Shown here: positions 18,821 to 34,033 of the stretch, in pieces
Layout: the number at the start of each line of letters is the position of its first letter
Position numbering within the stretch: position 1 is the stretch's first letter
NCBI GenBank assembly: GCA_965203175.1
Contig: OZ241867.1
Coordinates: 6,304,001 to 6,368,000 of the forward strand
Reading direction: 5' to 3'
DNA: 64,000 nt
DNA from: Candidatus Latescibacterota bacterium
GTDB lineage: Bacteria > Latescibacterota > UBA2968 > UBA8231
Position numbers and translations under genes: made by a program
The notes under the pieces: model-generated
What the model was told of the DNA's origin: nothing
Databases searched by the model: none
The model's input: only the letters and a program-made list of their open reading frames with translations

Positions 18821-19519
18821 ATGTCTGCAAGCCTTCCTCCCAGTCCCTACCTGCAGCAAATTAGAAAACTCGCCAAGGAGTTGCTTCACCAGCACAGAGC
18901 GGGTGACCGCGAAGCTGCCGAGCGCATTCGCAGACACCATCCCCGCTATCTTCAAGCCAACTCCAACGAGGAGGGGATATTATCGCTTCAGGACGCCCAG
19001 TTGGTCATCGCTCGCGAATTCGGACAGAGAAACTGGTCGCGGCTGGTGGCGGTTGTCGAATTGATGCGACAGGTTCACCGAGCAATCATAAATACCGAAT
19101 GCATCCACGTAGTCGCCAGAGATGCCAGTCAATTGCAGGCTTTCAAAGCGCTCCTGCGACCTCACTACAACGCTGACCAGCTGAGAGTTCTGCGCCCATT
19201 TGCGCGCGGCGGCGAGGCAAAGTCCATGTTGTCCAGCGCCATTAGTCTCGTAGTGAGCGCGCCGATCCTGTTGTCAGAGTATCGAACCCTTGGACTGGCA
19301 CATCTGATGGAGCATCAGCACAAGCCGAAAGCTCCATTTCAGGTTGAATCGCATCTGGCGCGAACCCACGCCATTCTTCCAAGATCGGTTCATGGAAGAA
19401 GATCCGTTCTGCTCGGCGTTAAGGCTCGCGTCGACGAGTCTGATTTCAAGGAGGTCTTCGAGCTGAGTCCCCGGGAATTGGCCCAGCTCTACGGATCGAC
19501 GACCGTGGTGAACCTCTAA
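18821..19519 (+). CDS. Hypothetical protein with N-terminal 'LPxxPxLxQxRKxAKELL...LxDAQLVIARExGxxxW' module
   Basis: ATG 18821 after GAGGG; module recalled from N-termini of ankyrin-repeat and other fusion proteins; C-terminal part unrecognised. Confidence 0.7.
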   Translation: MSASLPPSPYLQQIRKLAKELLHQHRAGDREAAERIRRHHPRYLQANSNEEGILSLQDAQLVIAREFGQRNWSRLVAVVELMRQVHRAIINTECIHVVARDASQLQAFKALLRPHYNADQLRVLRPFARGGEAKSMLSSAISLVVSAPILLSEYRTLGLAHLMEHQHKPKAPFQVESHLARTHAILPRSVHGRRSVLLGVKARVDESDFKEVFELSPRELAQLYGSTTVVNL

Positions 19520-19926
19520 TGGGCAGGCGTGCGGAGGCGATTGAGGGCACGTGATAGCGCCGCTTGAGCGCGCGCTACGTCGATCTCCTCTTGTCCGGCG
19601 CGCGCCTGAGCGAGGCGTTCCTCAGCGCGCTGGCGCGCAGACTCGGCCCGCTCAACGTCGATTTCCTCGATCCGTTCAGCCGTCTCAGCTAGCACCGAAA
19701 CCTGCTCGCGCCCGACCTCGACAAAACCGCCGCTGATGGCCATTTGGACCTCACTGCTGCCCTCCTCGACAAAGCGCAACCGCCCTATCTGCAACGAGGT
19801 TAAAAGCGGTACGTGTCCAGCGAGGACGCCGAAACTCCCCTCGCTACCGGGCGCTTGCAGACTGGCTACCTGACCCGAGTAGGCCACCCGCTCTGGTGTG
19901 ACAACCTCTAAGGCGAAGGCGGGCAT
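19516..19926 (-). CDS. atpC: ATP synthase F1 epsilon
   Basis: LEVVTPE, GVLAGHVP, ISGGFVEV; operon position. Confidence 0.96.
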   Translation of the reverse strand: MPAFALEVVTPERVAYSGQVASLQAPGSEGSFGVLAGHVPLLTSLQIGRLRFVEEGSSEVQMAISGGFVEVGREQVSVLAETAERIEEIDVERAESARQRAEERLAQARAGQEEIDVARAQAALSRALNRLRTPAH

Positions 19927-19929
19927 GGA

Positions 19930-21354
<1,425 letters not shown>

Positions 21355-22209
21355 CTATTGAGCCACAGCATTGGCACCGCCGATAATGTCCATCAATTCG
21401 AGGGTTATCGAGGCCTGCCGCTCCTTGTTCATTTCGCGGGTCAGATCCTCAATCATGTCTCTGGCGTTCTTAGTGGCGTTGTCCATCGCCATCATCTGGG
21501 CGGCGAAAAAGCCCACATTTGACTCCAGCAGAGCGCGCCATACCTGGAAGTTGATCTGACGCTCAACCAAAGTGCCCAACAGGACCTCGGGCGATGGCTC
21601 GAAAGCGTACTTGGCACTCTCACCTGTTTCCTCCTCGGGCGCGATGGGCAGGAGCTGGCGGACGGTCGGCACTTGGGAAGTAACAGAGGAGTATTCGCTA
21701 TAGCAGAGCAACACCCGGTCGGTCTGGCCAGCGACAAAGCGACTCGTTAGATCCTGAGCTATATCCGCGGCGCGAACTAACTCGAGCTGGTTGAACACAT
21801 CGGCGTGATGGCGGGAGATTGAGTAGCCGCGATGGCTGAAGAAGTCCCAGCCCTTGTTCCCGATGGTGATCAACTCAGGTTGGGCGTCCCCATACTCGTC
21901 CAACTCGTCCTGAACCCGACGGCACATGTTGGTGTTAAAGGCACCGCAGAGGCCGCGATCGGAGGTTATGACCACCAGCGCAACGCGCTGGACCGGGCGA
22001 ACCGCAAAGAGCGGCTGCTCGTAGACATCGACGCTCTGGTGCAGCGCTTTCAGTACTTGGTCCAGTCGCTGGGCGTACGGCCGGGCAGCTAAAATCGCCG
22101 CCTGAGCGCGGCGCATCTTGGCCGCGGCCACCATCTGCATGGCGTTGGTGACGCGCTGGATATTGGTGATGCTAGCGACGCGCGTCCTGAGTTCGCGAAG
22201 GGTAGCCAC
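21355..22209 (-). CDS. atpG: ATP synthase F1 gamma
   Basis: AMQMVAAAK, SDRGLCGAFN, RQASITLEL. Confidence 0.98.
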   Translation of the reverse strand: MATLRELRTRVASITNIQRVTNAMQMVAAAKMRRAQAAILAARPYAQRLDQVLKALHQSVDVYEQPLFAVRPVQRVALVVITSDRGLCGAFNTNMCRRVQDELDEYGDAQPELITIGNKGWDFFSHRGYSISRHHADVFNQLELVRAADIAQDLTSRFVAGQTDRVLLCYSEYSSVTSQVPTVRQLLPIAPEEETGESAKYAFEPSPEVLLGTLVERQINFQVWRALLESNVGFFAAQMMAMDNATKNARDMIEDLTREMNKERQASITLELMDIIGGANAVAQ

Positions 22210-22212
22210 CGC

Positions 22213-23745
<1,533 letters not shown>

Positions 23746-23759
23746 AGATCCTCCTGTGA

Positions 23760-24296
23760 CTAACCGGCCAGACGCGCTTGTAGGCGCTCTAGATAGGTGT
23801 TCACGCTGCCGTCGAATACGGTGTCGCCGACGCGGACGATCGCGCCGCCCCGCAAACTGGCATCGACTTGGACATCCAAGCGCACGGTGCGACCGCTGCG
23901 GTGTTCTAAGCGCTCCCGCAGACGCTGGCACTGCTCCCCACTCAACGCCACGGCCGAGCGCACCTCAGCAGTGATTATGCCCTCGCGCTCGGCAACCTGA
24001 TCGAGAAAACTTTCGAGTGCTGCGCCGATAATAGAAGCGCGGCCCCTGACAGCCATGAGCCGGAGAAAATTCAGGGTCAGCACCTCGACCTTGCCGCTGA
24101 AGAGCTCCCGCAGGACATTGCCTTGCGCTTGGCTATCGGCTAGAGGATTGGCCAAAAACTCGGCCAACTCGCCGGACTGGCGCACGGTCTCCAAAAGCCG
24201 CTCGACATCGCGCTGCACCGCCGCAGTCGCGCCTGTTTCATCGGCGGCCTCCAGCAGCGTAGCCGCGTAGCGTCGCACTACTTCGGGTGCGTTCAT
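23760..24296 (-). CDS. atpH: ATP synthase F1 delta
   Basis: [23 protein letters not shown]. Confidence 0.95.
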   Translation of the reverse strand: MNAPEVVRRYAATLLEAADETGATAAVQRDVERLLETVRQSGELAEFLANPLADSQAQGNVLRELFSGKVEVLTLNFLRLMAVRGRASIIGAALESFLDQVAEREGIITAEVRSAVALSGEQCQRLRERLEHRSGRTVRLDVQVDASLRGGAIVRVGDTVFDGSVNTYLERLQARLAG

Positions 24297-24318
24297 TGTC
24301 CTGCTCGCGCGATGGCGT

Positions 24319-24810
24319 TCAATTGGATTCGGGAATTCTGGCTATAAAGTCGTCGACGAGGCCGCGGTTTTTCTCGTCGTCCAAATTGGCGTCGATCAGC
24401 GCACCAGCAGCTTGAACCGCGAGATTGGCCGTCTCGCGGCGCAGCTCGGCAATGGCAGCGCGCTTCTCGCTTTCGATACTGGTCCGCGCTTGGTCGAGCA
24501 TCCGCTCTGCCTCTTCCCGCGCTTGGGAGACGATTGTCTGCCGCACGTTCGCCCCAGCCTCGCGGGCTTCGGCGACGATCTGCCGCGCCTCTTCATCGGC
24601 CGCGGCGAGCTTCTGCCGGTGCTCGCGCAAGACCTCTTCGGCCTCTTGGCGCGCCTGCTCAGCCGTGGCGATCGCGTCGCTGATGCGTTGCTCGCGCTCG
24701 TCGAGAGCCGCCAAAAGGTGGGGCCAAGCGAATTTTTTGAGGACGAGCAGCACCACCAAAAAGGTGATGATCGTCCATATTATGAGCCCCACATGGGGAT
24801 CGAGTAACAT
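24319..24810 (-). CDS. atpF: ATP synthase Fo subunit b
   Basis: N-terminal TM then KFAWP..LDERE coiled coil. Confidence 0.96.
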   Translation of the reverse strand: MLLDPHVGLIIWTIITFLVVLLVLKKFAWPHLLAALDEREQRISDAIATAEQARQEAEEVLREHRQKLAAADEEARQIVAEAREAGANVRQTIVSQAREEAERMLDQARTSIESEKRAAIAELRRETANLAVQAAGALIDANLDDEKNRGLVDDFIARIPESN

Positions 24811-24820
24811 AGCGCTTGCG

Positions 24821-25920
<1,100 letters not shown>

Positions 25921-25979
25921 TTACTGCCTTGTGAAATATCCAAAAATAGGAGGGAATCTGTCGCAGTAACCAACCGAAT

Positions 25980-26008
25980 AAATTAATTAGACCGTAAATT
26001 CCTGTCAA
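25980..26008 (-). promoter_or_regulatory. Internal sigma70-type promoter before atpB
   Basis: Minus strand TTGACA-17 bp-TAATTT. Confidence 0.6.
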
Positions 26009-26024
26009 CACCTCACGGGCGCTT

Positions 26025-26315
26025 CTAGGGCTTTGAACGGCCTTGTAACTTGAGTACGTAAAAGATTTCAAACGCGAGAAAAAGCAAGTACGCAGCCACT
26101 AGCGCGACGAAGTAACTTTCGGCATGGATCTTAGCCCATCTGAGCACCACTACCGACAGGACGGCCACCGCGATCAACCTCGCGATCATCCCCCCGAAGA
26201 AGGCGATCACAAAGGTTTGCATGCCCTTGCCCCAGCCCCAGCGAATCGCCGCCAGCGCGAGCGCGCCGTTGACTCCGGCGACCATCAATCCAGCGGCGAT
26301 ACTGTCCCAATTCAC
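26025..26315 (-). CDS. atpI: ATP synthase protein I-like membrane protein
   Basis: Small hydrophobic ORF with GMIARL, directly upstream of atpB. Confidence 0.7.
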   Translation of the reverse strand: MNWDSIAAGLMVAGVNGALALAAIRWGWGKGMQTFVIAFFGGMIARLIAVAVLSVVVLRWAKIHAESYFVALVAAYLLFLAFEIFYVLKLQGRSKP

Positions 26316-26554
26316 GGTCCGTCCTCCCGCTTGCGCCGCTCATCTAAATCCATCAGCGTCCGATAGAGTTTGTAAAACCCACCCCCCGCGCCGAGCAGGG
26401 TGCCCAATACGAGAAAGAGTGGCGTAGTTGCAAATTTGTCGTCGAGCCACCAACCGAGAAACACAAAGATCAGGATCGTCGCCGCGAATTGAATCCCCAG
26501 ACTGACGTAAGGGCCGATTTCCGCGTATGCCCCGGTCTTTTTTTTGGCGACCAT
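26312..26554 (-). CDS. AtpZ/AtpI family protein
   Basis: LGIQFA..LGWWLD.KF.T.P signature; start set at MVAKKK. Confidence 0.85.
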   Translation of the reverse strand: MVAKKKTGAYAEIGPYVSLGIQFAATILIFVFLGWWLDDKFATTPLFLVLGTLLGAGGGFYKLYRTLMDLDERRKREDGP

Positions 26555-26620
26555 ATTCTCTACGAGCGAAGAAAAGCGGCGGACCACCGTCCGCCGCTAT
26601 ATCAAAGCTGCCGACAGTGC

Positions 26621-26824
26621 TCAACTCGTCTTCGACTCGGCATCCCCGCACGAGCCGGGAGCCTGACCACACTCGCACATAGGCTCGCCCAACGTATCGC
26701 GCATAGTGCCCAGCCCTCCACACGAACCTTGGAGGCGGCGATTGCTGAAGATCACGCCGACGGCCATGGCGGCCATGACCAGCCCAAACACGGCAAACGC
26801 GGCAATAAGCATGCTCATAGTCAT
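26621..26824 (-). CDS. nqrM: Na+-NQR maturation protein NqrM
   Basis: MAVGVIF...LQGSCGG plus further Cys; directly after nqrF. Confidence 0.85.
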   Translation of the reverse strand: MTMSMLIAAFAVFGLVMAAMAVGVIFSNRRLQGSCGGLGTMRDTLGEPMCECGQAPGSCGDAESKTS

Positions 26825-26841
26825 CCTGCATTCCTCCCGAC

Positions 26842-28080
26842 TTAAAACTCGTCGAAGCGGATCATTTCCTCTTCAATGCCTAGATCGTCGAGCATCCCGA
26901 GCGCGGCTCCGAGCATCAGCGGCGGGCCGCACAGATAATATTCAACGTCTTCAGGGGCGGAATGATCCCTGAGGTAATGATCGTACACCACTTGGTGAAT
27001 AAAGCCCACATAGCCGTCCCAATTGTCCTCTGGCCGCGGCTCGGACATGGCGATGTGGAAGGTGAAATTGGGGAACTCCTCTTCTATTTTGCGGAAGTGG
27101 TCCTCGTAGAAGACCTCGTTGGGATTGCGCGCCCCGTACCAATAGGACACCTTGCGTCCCGTCTTGAGCGTGTGGAAGAGGTGATATAGATGCGAACGCA
27201 AAGGCGCCATGCCCGCGCCACCGCCGATATAGACCATCTCGCGGTCGGTTTCCTGAATAAAAAATTCGCCGAAAGGCCCCGAGACCGTCACCTTGTCTCC
27301 CGGCTTGCGGCTGAACACATAGGAAGAGGCAATGCCGGGTGGCACATCCTCCCAGCCACCCTTTTCGCGGTCGGGCGGCGGGGTGGCGATGCGGATGTTG
27401 AGCATGATGATGTCGCCCTCGGCCGGGTGATTGGCCATTGAATAGGCGCGGAAGACGGGTTCGGTATTGACCAACTTGAAGTCCCAGACGTTGAAGCGAT
27501 CCCAATCGGGGTGGAAGCGCTCGTCAATCCCCTCAAAGTCCTTGAACTCGCACTCGAAGGGCGGCACTTCGATCTGGATAAAGCCGCCGGGCTGGAAATC
27601 CAGCGTCTCGCCCTCGGGGAGCTTGACGACAAATTCCTTGATAAAGGTCGCCACGTTGTCGTTGGAGACAACTTCGCACTCCCACTTTTTGACCGAGAAC
27701 ACTTCGGGCGGCACTTCAATCTTCATGTCTTGCTTGACGTTGACTTGGCAAGAAAGCCGCACGCCCTCGCTCGCTTCGCGCTTGGTAATGTGGCCGGTCT
27801 CGGTCTGCAAGATATCGCCACCACCCTCGTAGATGTTCACCTTGCACTGGGCGCAGGTGCCGCCGCCGCCGCAGGCCGAAGACACGAAGACCTTGTTGTC
27901 AGCCAGCACGTTGAGCAGCTTGCCCCCTGCTGGAACAGAAAGAGCCTTGCTCTCGTCGTCGTTGATGAGGATTCGCACGTTGCCGCTGGGCACCAACCGG
28001 GAGCGGGCTACCAAGATTATAGTCACTAAGGCCAGCACTACGCCGGTGAACATGCCGACGCCGGAAATAATTTCAGTCAT
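26842..28080 (-). CDS. nqrF: Na+-NQR subunit F
   Basis: [42 protein letters not shown]. Confidence 0.98.
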   Translation of the reverse strand: MTEIISGVGMFTGVVLALVTIILVARSRLVPSGNVRILINDDESKALSVPAGGKLLNVLADNKVFVSSACGGGGTCAQCKVNIYEGGGDILQTETGHITKREASEGVRLSCQVNVKQDMKIEVPPEVFSVKKWECEVVSNDNVATFIKEFVVKLPEGETLDFQPGGFIQIEVPPFECEFKDFEGIDERFHPDWDRFNVWDFKLVNTEPVFRAYSMANHPAEGDIIMLNIRIATPPPDREKGGWEDVPPGIASSYVFSRKPGDKVTVSGPFGEFFIQETDREMVYIGGGAGMAPLRSHLYHLFHTLKTGRKVSYWYGARNPNEVFYEDHFRKIEEEFPNFTFHIAMSEPRPEDNWDGYVGFIHQVVYDHYLRDHSAPEDVEYYLCGPPLMLGAALGMLDDLGIEEEMIRFDEF

Positions 28081-28096
28081 AAGGTGCTCTTTTCTT

Positions 28097-28708
28097 TTAG
28101 AGCTGAATACCGGAAAAGGACATAAAAGCCAAAGACATCAGACCCACCGTAATGAAAGTGATGCCGAGGCCGCGCAGCCCTGGGGGCACGTCGCTGTACT
28201 TCATCTTCTCGCGGATGCCCGCCAGCGCGACGATAGCCAGCGCCCAGCCAAAGCCCGAGCCAAAGCCAAAGACCACGCTCTCGCCGAGGTTGTAGTCGCG
28301 CTCGACCATGAACAGCGAACCACCTAAAATCGCGCAATTGACGGTAATCAAGGGCAAGAAAATGCCCAGCGCATTGTAGAGGGCCGGCACGAACTTGTCG
28401 AGAAACATCTCGAGGATCTGCACCATGGCGGCGATGATGCCGATGTAGCTAATCAATCCCACAAAGGTCAGATCTACCCCACTCAAGCCCGCCCACGCCA
28501 AGGCGTCTTCCTTGAGCAGGTACTGGTAGATTAGGTTGTTAGCTGGAACGGTAACCGTCTGTACTACGATTACGGCAATCCCAAGCCCGAACGCCGTCTG
28601 CACCTCCTTGGAGACGGCTAGAAAAGTGCACATCCCCAAAAAGAAGGCCAGCGCCATGTTCTCGACGAACACGGACTTCATAAATATGCTTAGATAGGCT
28701 TCGACCAT
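28097..28708 (-). CDS. nqrE: Na+-NQR subunit E
   Basis: [26 protein letters not shown]. Confidence 0.97.
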   Translation of the reverse strand: MVEAYLSIFMKSVFVENMALAFFLGMCTFLAVSKEVQTAFGLGIAVIVVQTVTVPANNLIYQYLLKEDALAWAGLSGVDLTFVGLISYIGIIAAMVQILEMFLDKFVPALYNALGIFLPLITVNCAILGGSLFMVERDYNLGESVVFGFGSGFGWALAIVALAGIREKMKYSDVPPGLRGLGITFITVGLMSLAFMSFSGIQL

Positions 28709-28714
28709 GTTCGG

Positions 28715-29338
28715 TTACTCCTTCTCGACCTGCTTGGGCTTCCAAGTCCTGACCGCCCATATAAAAAAGCCAATGATGAAAAACGCGCTCGGCGGCAAGA
28801 GCATCAGGCCGTTGGGCGCGTACCAACCCCCCTCGGCGGCCAATGCAAACATTGGTACCCCAAACAGCGAACCCGATCCAAATAGCTCGCGCAATATGCC
28901 TACTACCAGCAGAATGACGCTGTAGCCCAAGGCATTGCCCAAACCGTCGAGAAAGCTCAGCCCAGGACCATTCTGCGAGGCGAAAGCCTCGGCCCGTCCC
29001 ATAATAATGCAATTAGTGATAATCAGGCCGACGAAGACCGAGAGCTGTTTGCTAATATCAAAGGCATAGGCGCGCAGGAATTGATCGACGATAATCACCA
29101 ACGAGGCGATGATCGTCATCTGCACGATAATGCGGATATTGGCCGGGATAAAGTTGCGGATCACGCTGACGGCCATGTTGGAACAACAGAGCACGAAAAT
29201 GACCGCCAAGCACATGGTGACGGTGGTCTCCAACTTGGTCGTCACCGCCAGCGCCGAGCATATGCCGAGGCTCAGCAAGGCAATGGGATTTTCGTCAAAG
29301 AGCGGCCTGAAGAGGACGTCTCTTGGTTTGTCAGCCAT
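28715..29338 (-). CDS. nqrD: Na+-NQR subunit D
   Basis: [30 protein letters not shown]. Confidence 0.97.
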   Translation of the reverse strand: MADKPRDVLFRPLFDENPIALLSLGICSALAVTTKLETTVTMCLAVIFVLCCSNMAVSVIRNFIPANIRIIVQMTIIASLVIIVDQFLRAYAFDISKQLSVFVGLIITNCIIMGRAEAFASQNGPGLSFLDGLGNALGYSVILLVVGILRELFGSGSLFGVPMFALAAEGGWYAPNGLMLLPPSAFFIIGFFIWAVRTWKPKQVEKE

Positions 29339-30130
29339 TTAACTAACTCCTCGTTCTTTGAGCTTGGCCAGATACGGCCCAAAGGCTTCCGTACCCAGCC
29401 AGTAGCGCAGCATGTCCCTGACGCCGCGCGAGGTAATGGTGGCACCAGACAGCCCATCGACCTGATACTGGGTTTCGGGCCGTCCCTGGACGACCTTGCC
29501 CCTGATCACCTCGATGCGCACTGCACCGCTTTCGTCAAAGGCCTTTTTGCCGTCCCACAGGGCCTTCCAACTCGGGTTATCGACCTCGCCGCCCAAGCCC
29601 GGAGTCTCGGCGTGCTCGTAATAGACCAGCCCGCGGATGGTATTGAGATCCTTGGCATCAAGGGCCACAAATCCATAGAGCGTTGACCATAGCCCTAAGC
29701 CGTGGACGGGCAGGATGACCTTTTTGACCTTGCCCTTTTGCGAGACCATGTACACCGAGGCGTGAAGTGCGCGGCGCTTGACATTGGCGATGTCCACATC
29801 GGCCGGAACCAACTCACTTTGCGCCGGATCCTTGGCCGCCCGCCGCTGGTCATAGGCGATCGGGTCCACGCCATCGACGTATTCTCCGGTCGCCAAATCG
29901 ACGACGCGGGTATTTATGTTTTGGTACAACGCATCGATGCGCTCGCCGCTGGCGACCTCGCCGGATTTCAGCAGACCCGCGGCCATCAGAATATTGCGCT
30001 TCTTGTCGAGCGTCTTGTTGACCGCTTGGGTCGGCCTCAGCGACACCGCCGCCGCCGATACCAACACCGAGCAGACGAGGCAAACGCCGAGCGCCACGCC
30101 GAATGTTCTACCTACTGAATCGTTAGCCAC
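29339..30130 (-). CDS. nqrC: Na+-NQR subunit C
   Basis: GLWS, HAETPGLG, FMN site DGLSGATITS; start set at GTG 30130 after SD AGGAG. Confidence 0.96.
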   Translation of the reverse strand: MANDSVGRTFGVALGVCLVCSVLVSAAAVSLRPTQAVNKTLDKKRNILMAAGLLKSGEVASGERIDALYQNINTRVVDLATGEYVDGVDPIAYDQRRAAKDPAQSELVPADVDIANVKRRALHASVYMVSQKGKVKKVILPVHGLGLWSTLYGFVALDAKDLNTIRGLVYYEHAETPGLGGEVDNPSWKALWDGKKAFDESGAVRIEVIRGKVVQGRPETQYQVDGLSGATITSRGVRDMLRYWLGTEAFGPYLAKLKERGVS

Positions 30131-30144
30131 TTTGTCTATCTCTC

Positions 30145-31362
30145 CTAAGAGCTGACGGCGGTGCGGGCCAGCCTGCGCTTGATGTTGGCTTGTATTGCCA
30201 CATAGTCGATCGCGGGCGCGAAGACATTGCCAAAGAGAATGGCCAGCATTACGCCTTCGGGAAAGGCCGGATTGATCACGCGGATCAGCACGGTCATAAA
30301 GCCTATGAGCGCCCCGTACGCCCAACGACCGGCCGGGGTCATGGTTGCCGACACCGGATCCGTCGCCATATAGACGCAGCCAAAGGCATATCCGCCCAGC
30401 ACCAAATGCCAAGCCGCGTTCATCTGGAACATCGGGTTGGTATCGCTGCCAATCGCGTACAGCAATTCGGCACAGACTACCGTCGCCACCGTCATGCTGA
30501 CGATGATTTGCCAAGAGCCGACCCTAGTCGCGATGAGAATGGCCGCGCCGATCAGGCAGGCTAGAGTCGATGTTTCGCCCATGGACCCGGGGATCGTGCC
30601 CAAGAAAGCCTGCATCCAAGTCACCGTATCGGTAACGGCCGTCATGCCGTCGGCAGCAGCAGCTCCCAGCGGGGTAGCGTACGTAAAGCCATCGACCGCG
30701 ACCCAGACCGCATCACCGGTGATCTCGACGGGATACGCAAAATAGAGGAAAGCCCTCCCAGTCAGCGCTGGATTGAGGAAATTCTTGCCGGTGCCACCGA
30801 AGACCTCTTTGCCTATCACCACGCCGAAACTGATGCCGATAGCCACCTGCCACAGGGGGATCGTCGGCGGCAGGGTCAGGGGAAAGAGCATGCCCGTGAC
30901 CAAGAAGCCCTCGTTGATCTCGTGCTTGCGAACCATCGCGAAAAGCCCTTCCCACAAGCCACCCACCATATTGCACACCAAAAAGACGGGGAAGAAATAG
31001 AGGAAACCGTGGAATACGTTAGCCAATGGGTTACTGGGATTGTAGCCGATGCCGAGGATGTCGATGATTATCCCGCGCCATTCGCCCGTCGTGGTCTCCC
31101 CCATCTGCTGCATAGCCGAGTTGATCTGATAGCCAGTGTTCCACATGGCCATGAAGATGCAGGGAACGAGCGCGACGACGACCGTAATCATGGTGCGCTT
31201 GAGGTCAATGCCGTCGCGCACATGCGTCGGCCCCTCAGTGACGCGACCGGGCGTATATAAAAATGTATCGGCTGCTTCGTATAGAGCGTAGAACTTTTCC
31301 AGCCGTCCCCCCTTGTGGAAAAGGGGCTCGGCTTGGTCGAGCAGATCTCGCAAAACCTTCAT
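30145..31362 (-). CDS. nqrB: Na+-NQR subunit B
   Basis: [33 protein letters not shown]. Confidence 0.97.
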   Translation of the reverse strand: MKVLRDLLDQAEPLFHKGGRLEKFYALYEAADTFLYTPGRVTEGPTHVRDGIDLKRTMITVVVALVPCIFMAMWNTGYQINSAMQQMGETTTGEWRGIIIDILGIGYNPSNPLANVFHGFLYFFPVFLVCNMVGGLWEGLFAMVRKHEINEGFLVTGMLFPLTLPPTIPLWQVAIGISFGVVIGKEVFGGTGKNFLNPALTGRAFLYFAYPVEITGDAVWVAVDGFTYATPLGAAAADGMTAVTDTVTWMQAFLGTIPGSMGETSTLACLIGAAILIATRVGSWQIIVSMTVATVVCAELLYAIGSDTNPMFQMNAAWHLVLGGYAFGCVYMATDPVSATMTPAGRWAYGALIGFMTVLIRVINPAFPEGVMLAILFGNVFAPAIDYVAIQANIKRRLARTAVSS

Positions 31363-31371
31363 TGAATGCGT

Positions 31372-32748
<1,377 letters not shown>

Positions 32749-32759
32749 TTAAATATCAC

Positions 32760-32798
32760 TAAACTGGCCAGTTTAAGCCAGCCAGCCACACCTGTCAA
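32760..32798 (-). promoter_or_regulatory. nqr operon promoter with overlapping 16-bp palindrome
   Basis: TTGACA-17 bp-TAAACT (32798-32770); TAAACTGGCCAGTTTA at 32760-32775. Confidence 0.75.
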
Positions 32799-33028
32799 GG
32801 AAAATAGGACACTGATTCGCCACCGAAGAGTCTTTATGTCTCATAATCGGCCAGATATCAAAGCGCGGGCGCGCTGTCCAGCCTGTTTACCTCCGCAAAC
32901 AGCCTAAAAATAAAAGCCAAGAAACGCGATGGAGCAAGACATTTGCGCAGTGGACACGGGCTAGACCTTGCGAAACTGGGTGAAACCTCGGATTTTAGAC
33001 GCTCATCCACCAAACTGATCGAGGAATT

Positions 33029-34033
33029 ATGAGCTTGAATGCGCCCGCAACGCGCGAGGAAATCGTCGCCCTCTACAAAAGCCCCGTACTCGACCTCGTG
33101 TACCGCGCCGCAACCGTTCATCGCGAGCACCACGATCCGCGGCAAGTACAAGTCTGCACCCTGCTTTCGATCAAGACCGGCGGCTGTCCTGAAAATTGCA
33201 GCTATTGCTCGCAGTCGGCCCACTTCGACACGAGCCTCGAACGCCAAGACCTGCTGTCGCTAGAGGCCGTGCGCGAAGCCGCCGAGCGCGCCGCAGCGGC
33301 CGGAAGCACGCGCTTCTGCATGGGCGCGGCCTGGCGCCAAGTACGCGACGGCGCGGAATTCGACCGCGTGTTGGACATGGTGCGCACAGTCGCGGCCACC
33401 GGCATGGAAGTCTGCTGCACGTTGGGCATGCTCACCGCCGACCAAGCCCGCCAGTTGCGGGAAGCCGGCCTCCATGCGTACAACCACAACCTAGACACCG
33501 GGGAAGACTACTATCCCGAAATCGTCTCCACCCGCACCTATCGCGACCGTCTCGAAACCCTAGGCCACGTCGGCCGCGCCGGGATTTCAGTCTGCTGCGG
33601 CGGCATCTTGGGCATGGGCGAAAGCGACGAAGACCGCATCGACCTGCTCTGCGCGCTATTGCAACTACCAACGCCGCCGGAATCCATACCGGTCAACGCC
33701 CTAGTACCCATCGCCGGCACGCCGCTCGGGGACCGCGAAAAAGTGACCGCGTGGGAACTCGTCCGCATGATCGCCTGCGCCCGCATCCTCTTTCCCACGG
33801 CCATGGTGCGCCTCTCGGCTGGCCGCGACCAACTCTCGACAGCCGAACAAGCCCTGTGCTTTCTAGCTGGAGCCAATTCCATTTTCTCGGGCGACCGCCT
33901 GTTGACTACTCCCCACCCTGGCACTGACGCCGATCAAGCCCTCTTCGACCTGCTCGACCTAGAAGCGCGGCCGCCGCAAGGCGCTTCAGAGCGCGTCGAT
34001 CAGCTCGCAGAAGCAGTCGTAGATCGAAGCTAG
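33029..34033 (+). CDS. bioB: Biotin synthase
   Basis: KTGGCPENCSYCSQS, YNHNLDT, RLSAGR, AGANSIF. Confidence 0.98.
   Translation: MSLNAPATREEIVALYKSPVLDLVYRAATVHREHHDPRQVQVCTLLSIKTGGCPENCSYCSQSAHFDTSLERQDLLSLEAVREAAERAAAAGSTRFCMGAAWRQVRDGAEFDRVLDMVRTVAATGMEVCCTLGMLTADQARQLREAGLHAYNHNLDTGEDYYPEIVSTRTYRDRLETLGHVGRAGISVCCGGILGMGESDEDRIDLLCALLQLPTPPESIPVNALVPIAGTPLGDREKVTAWELVRMIACARILFPTAMVRLSAGRDQLSTAEQALCFLAGANSIFSGDRLLTTPHPGTDADQALFDLLDLEARPPQGASERVDQLAEAVVDRS

Noticed and set aside
29339-30514. Long N-terminal extensions in the ORF track (nqrC, atpA, tpiA, DUF5916, oppD and others)
   Set aside because: They overlap upstream genes or lack an SD; downstream starts with SD or stop/start overlaps fit better.
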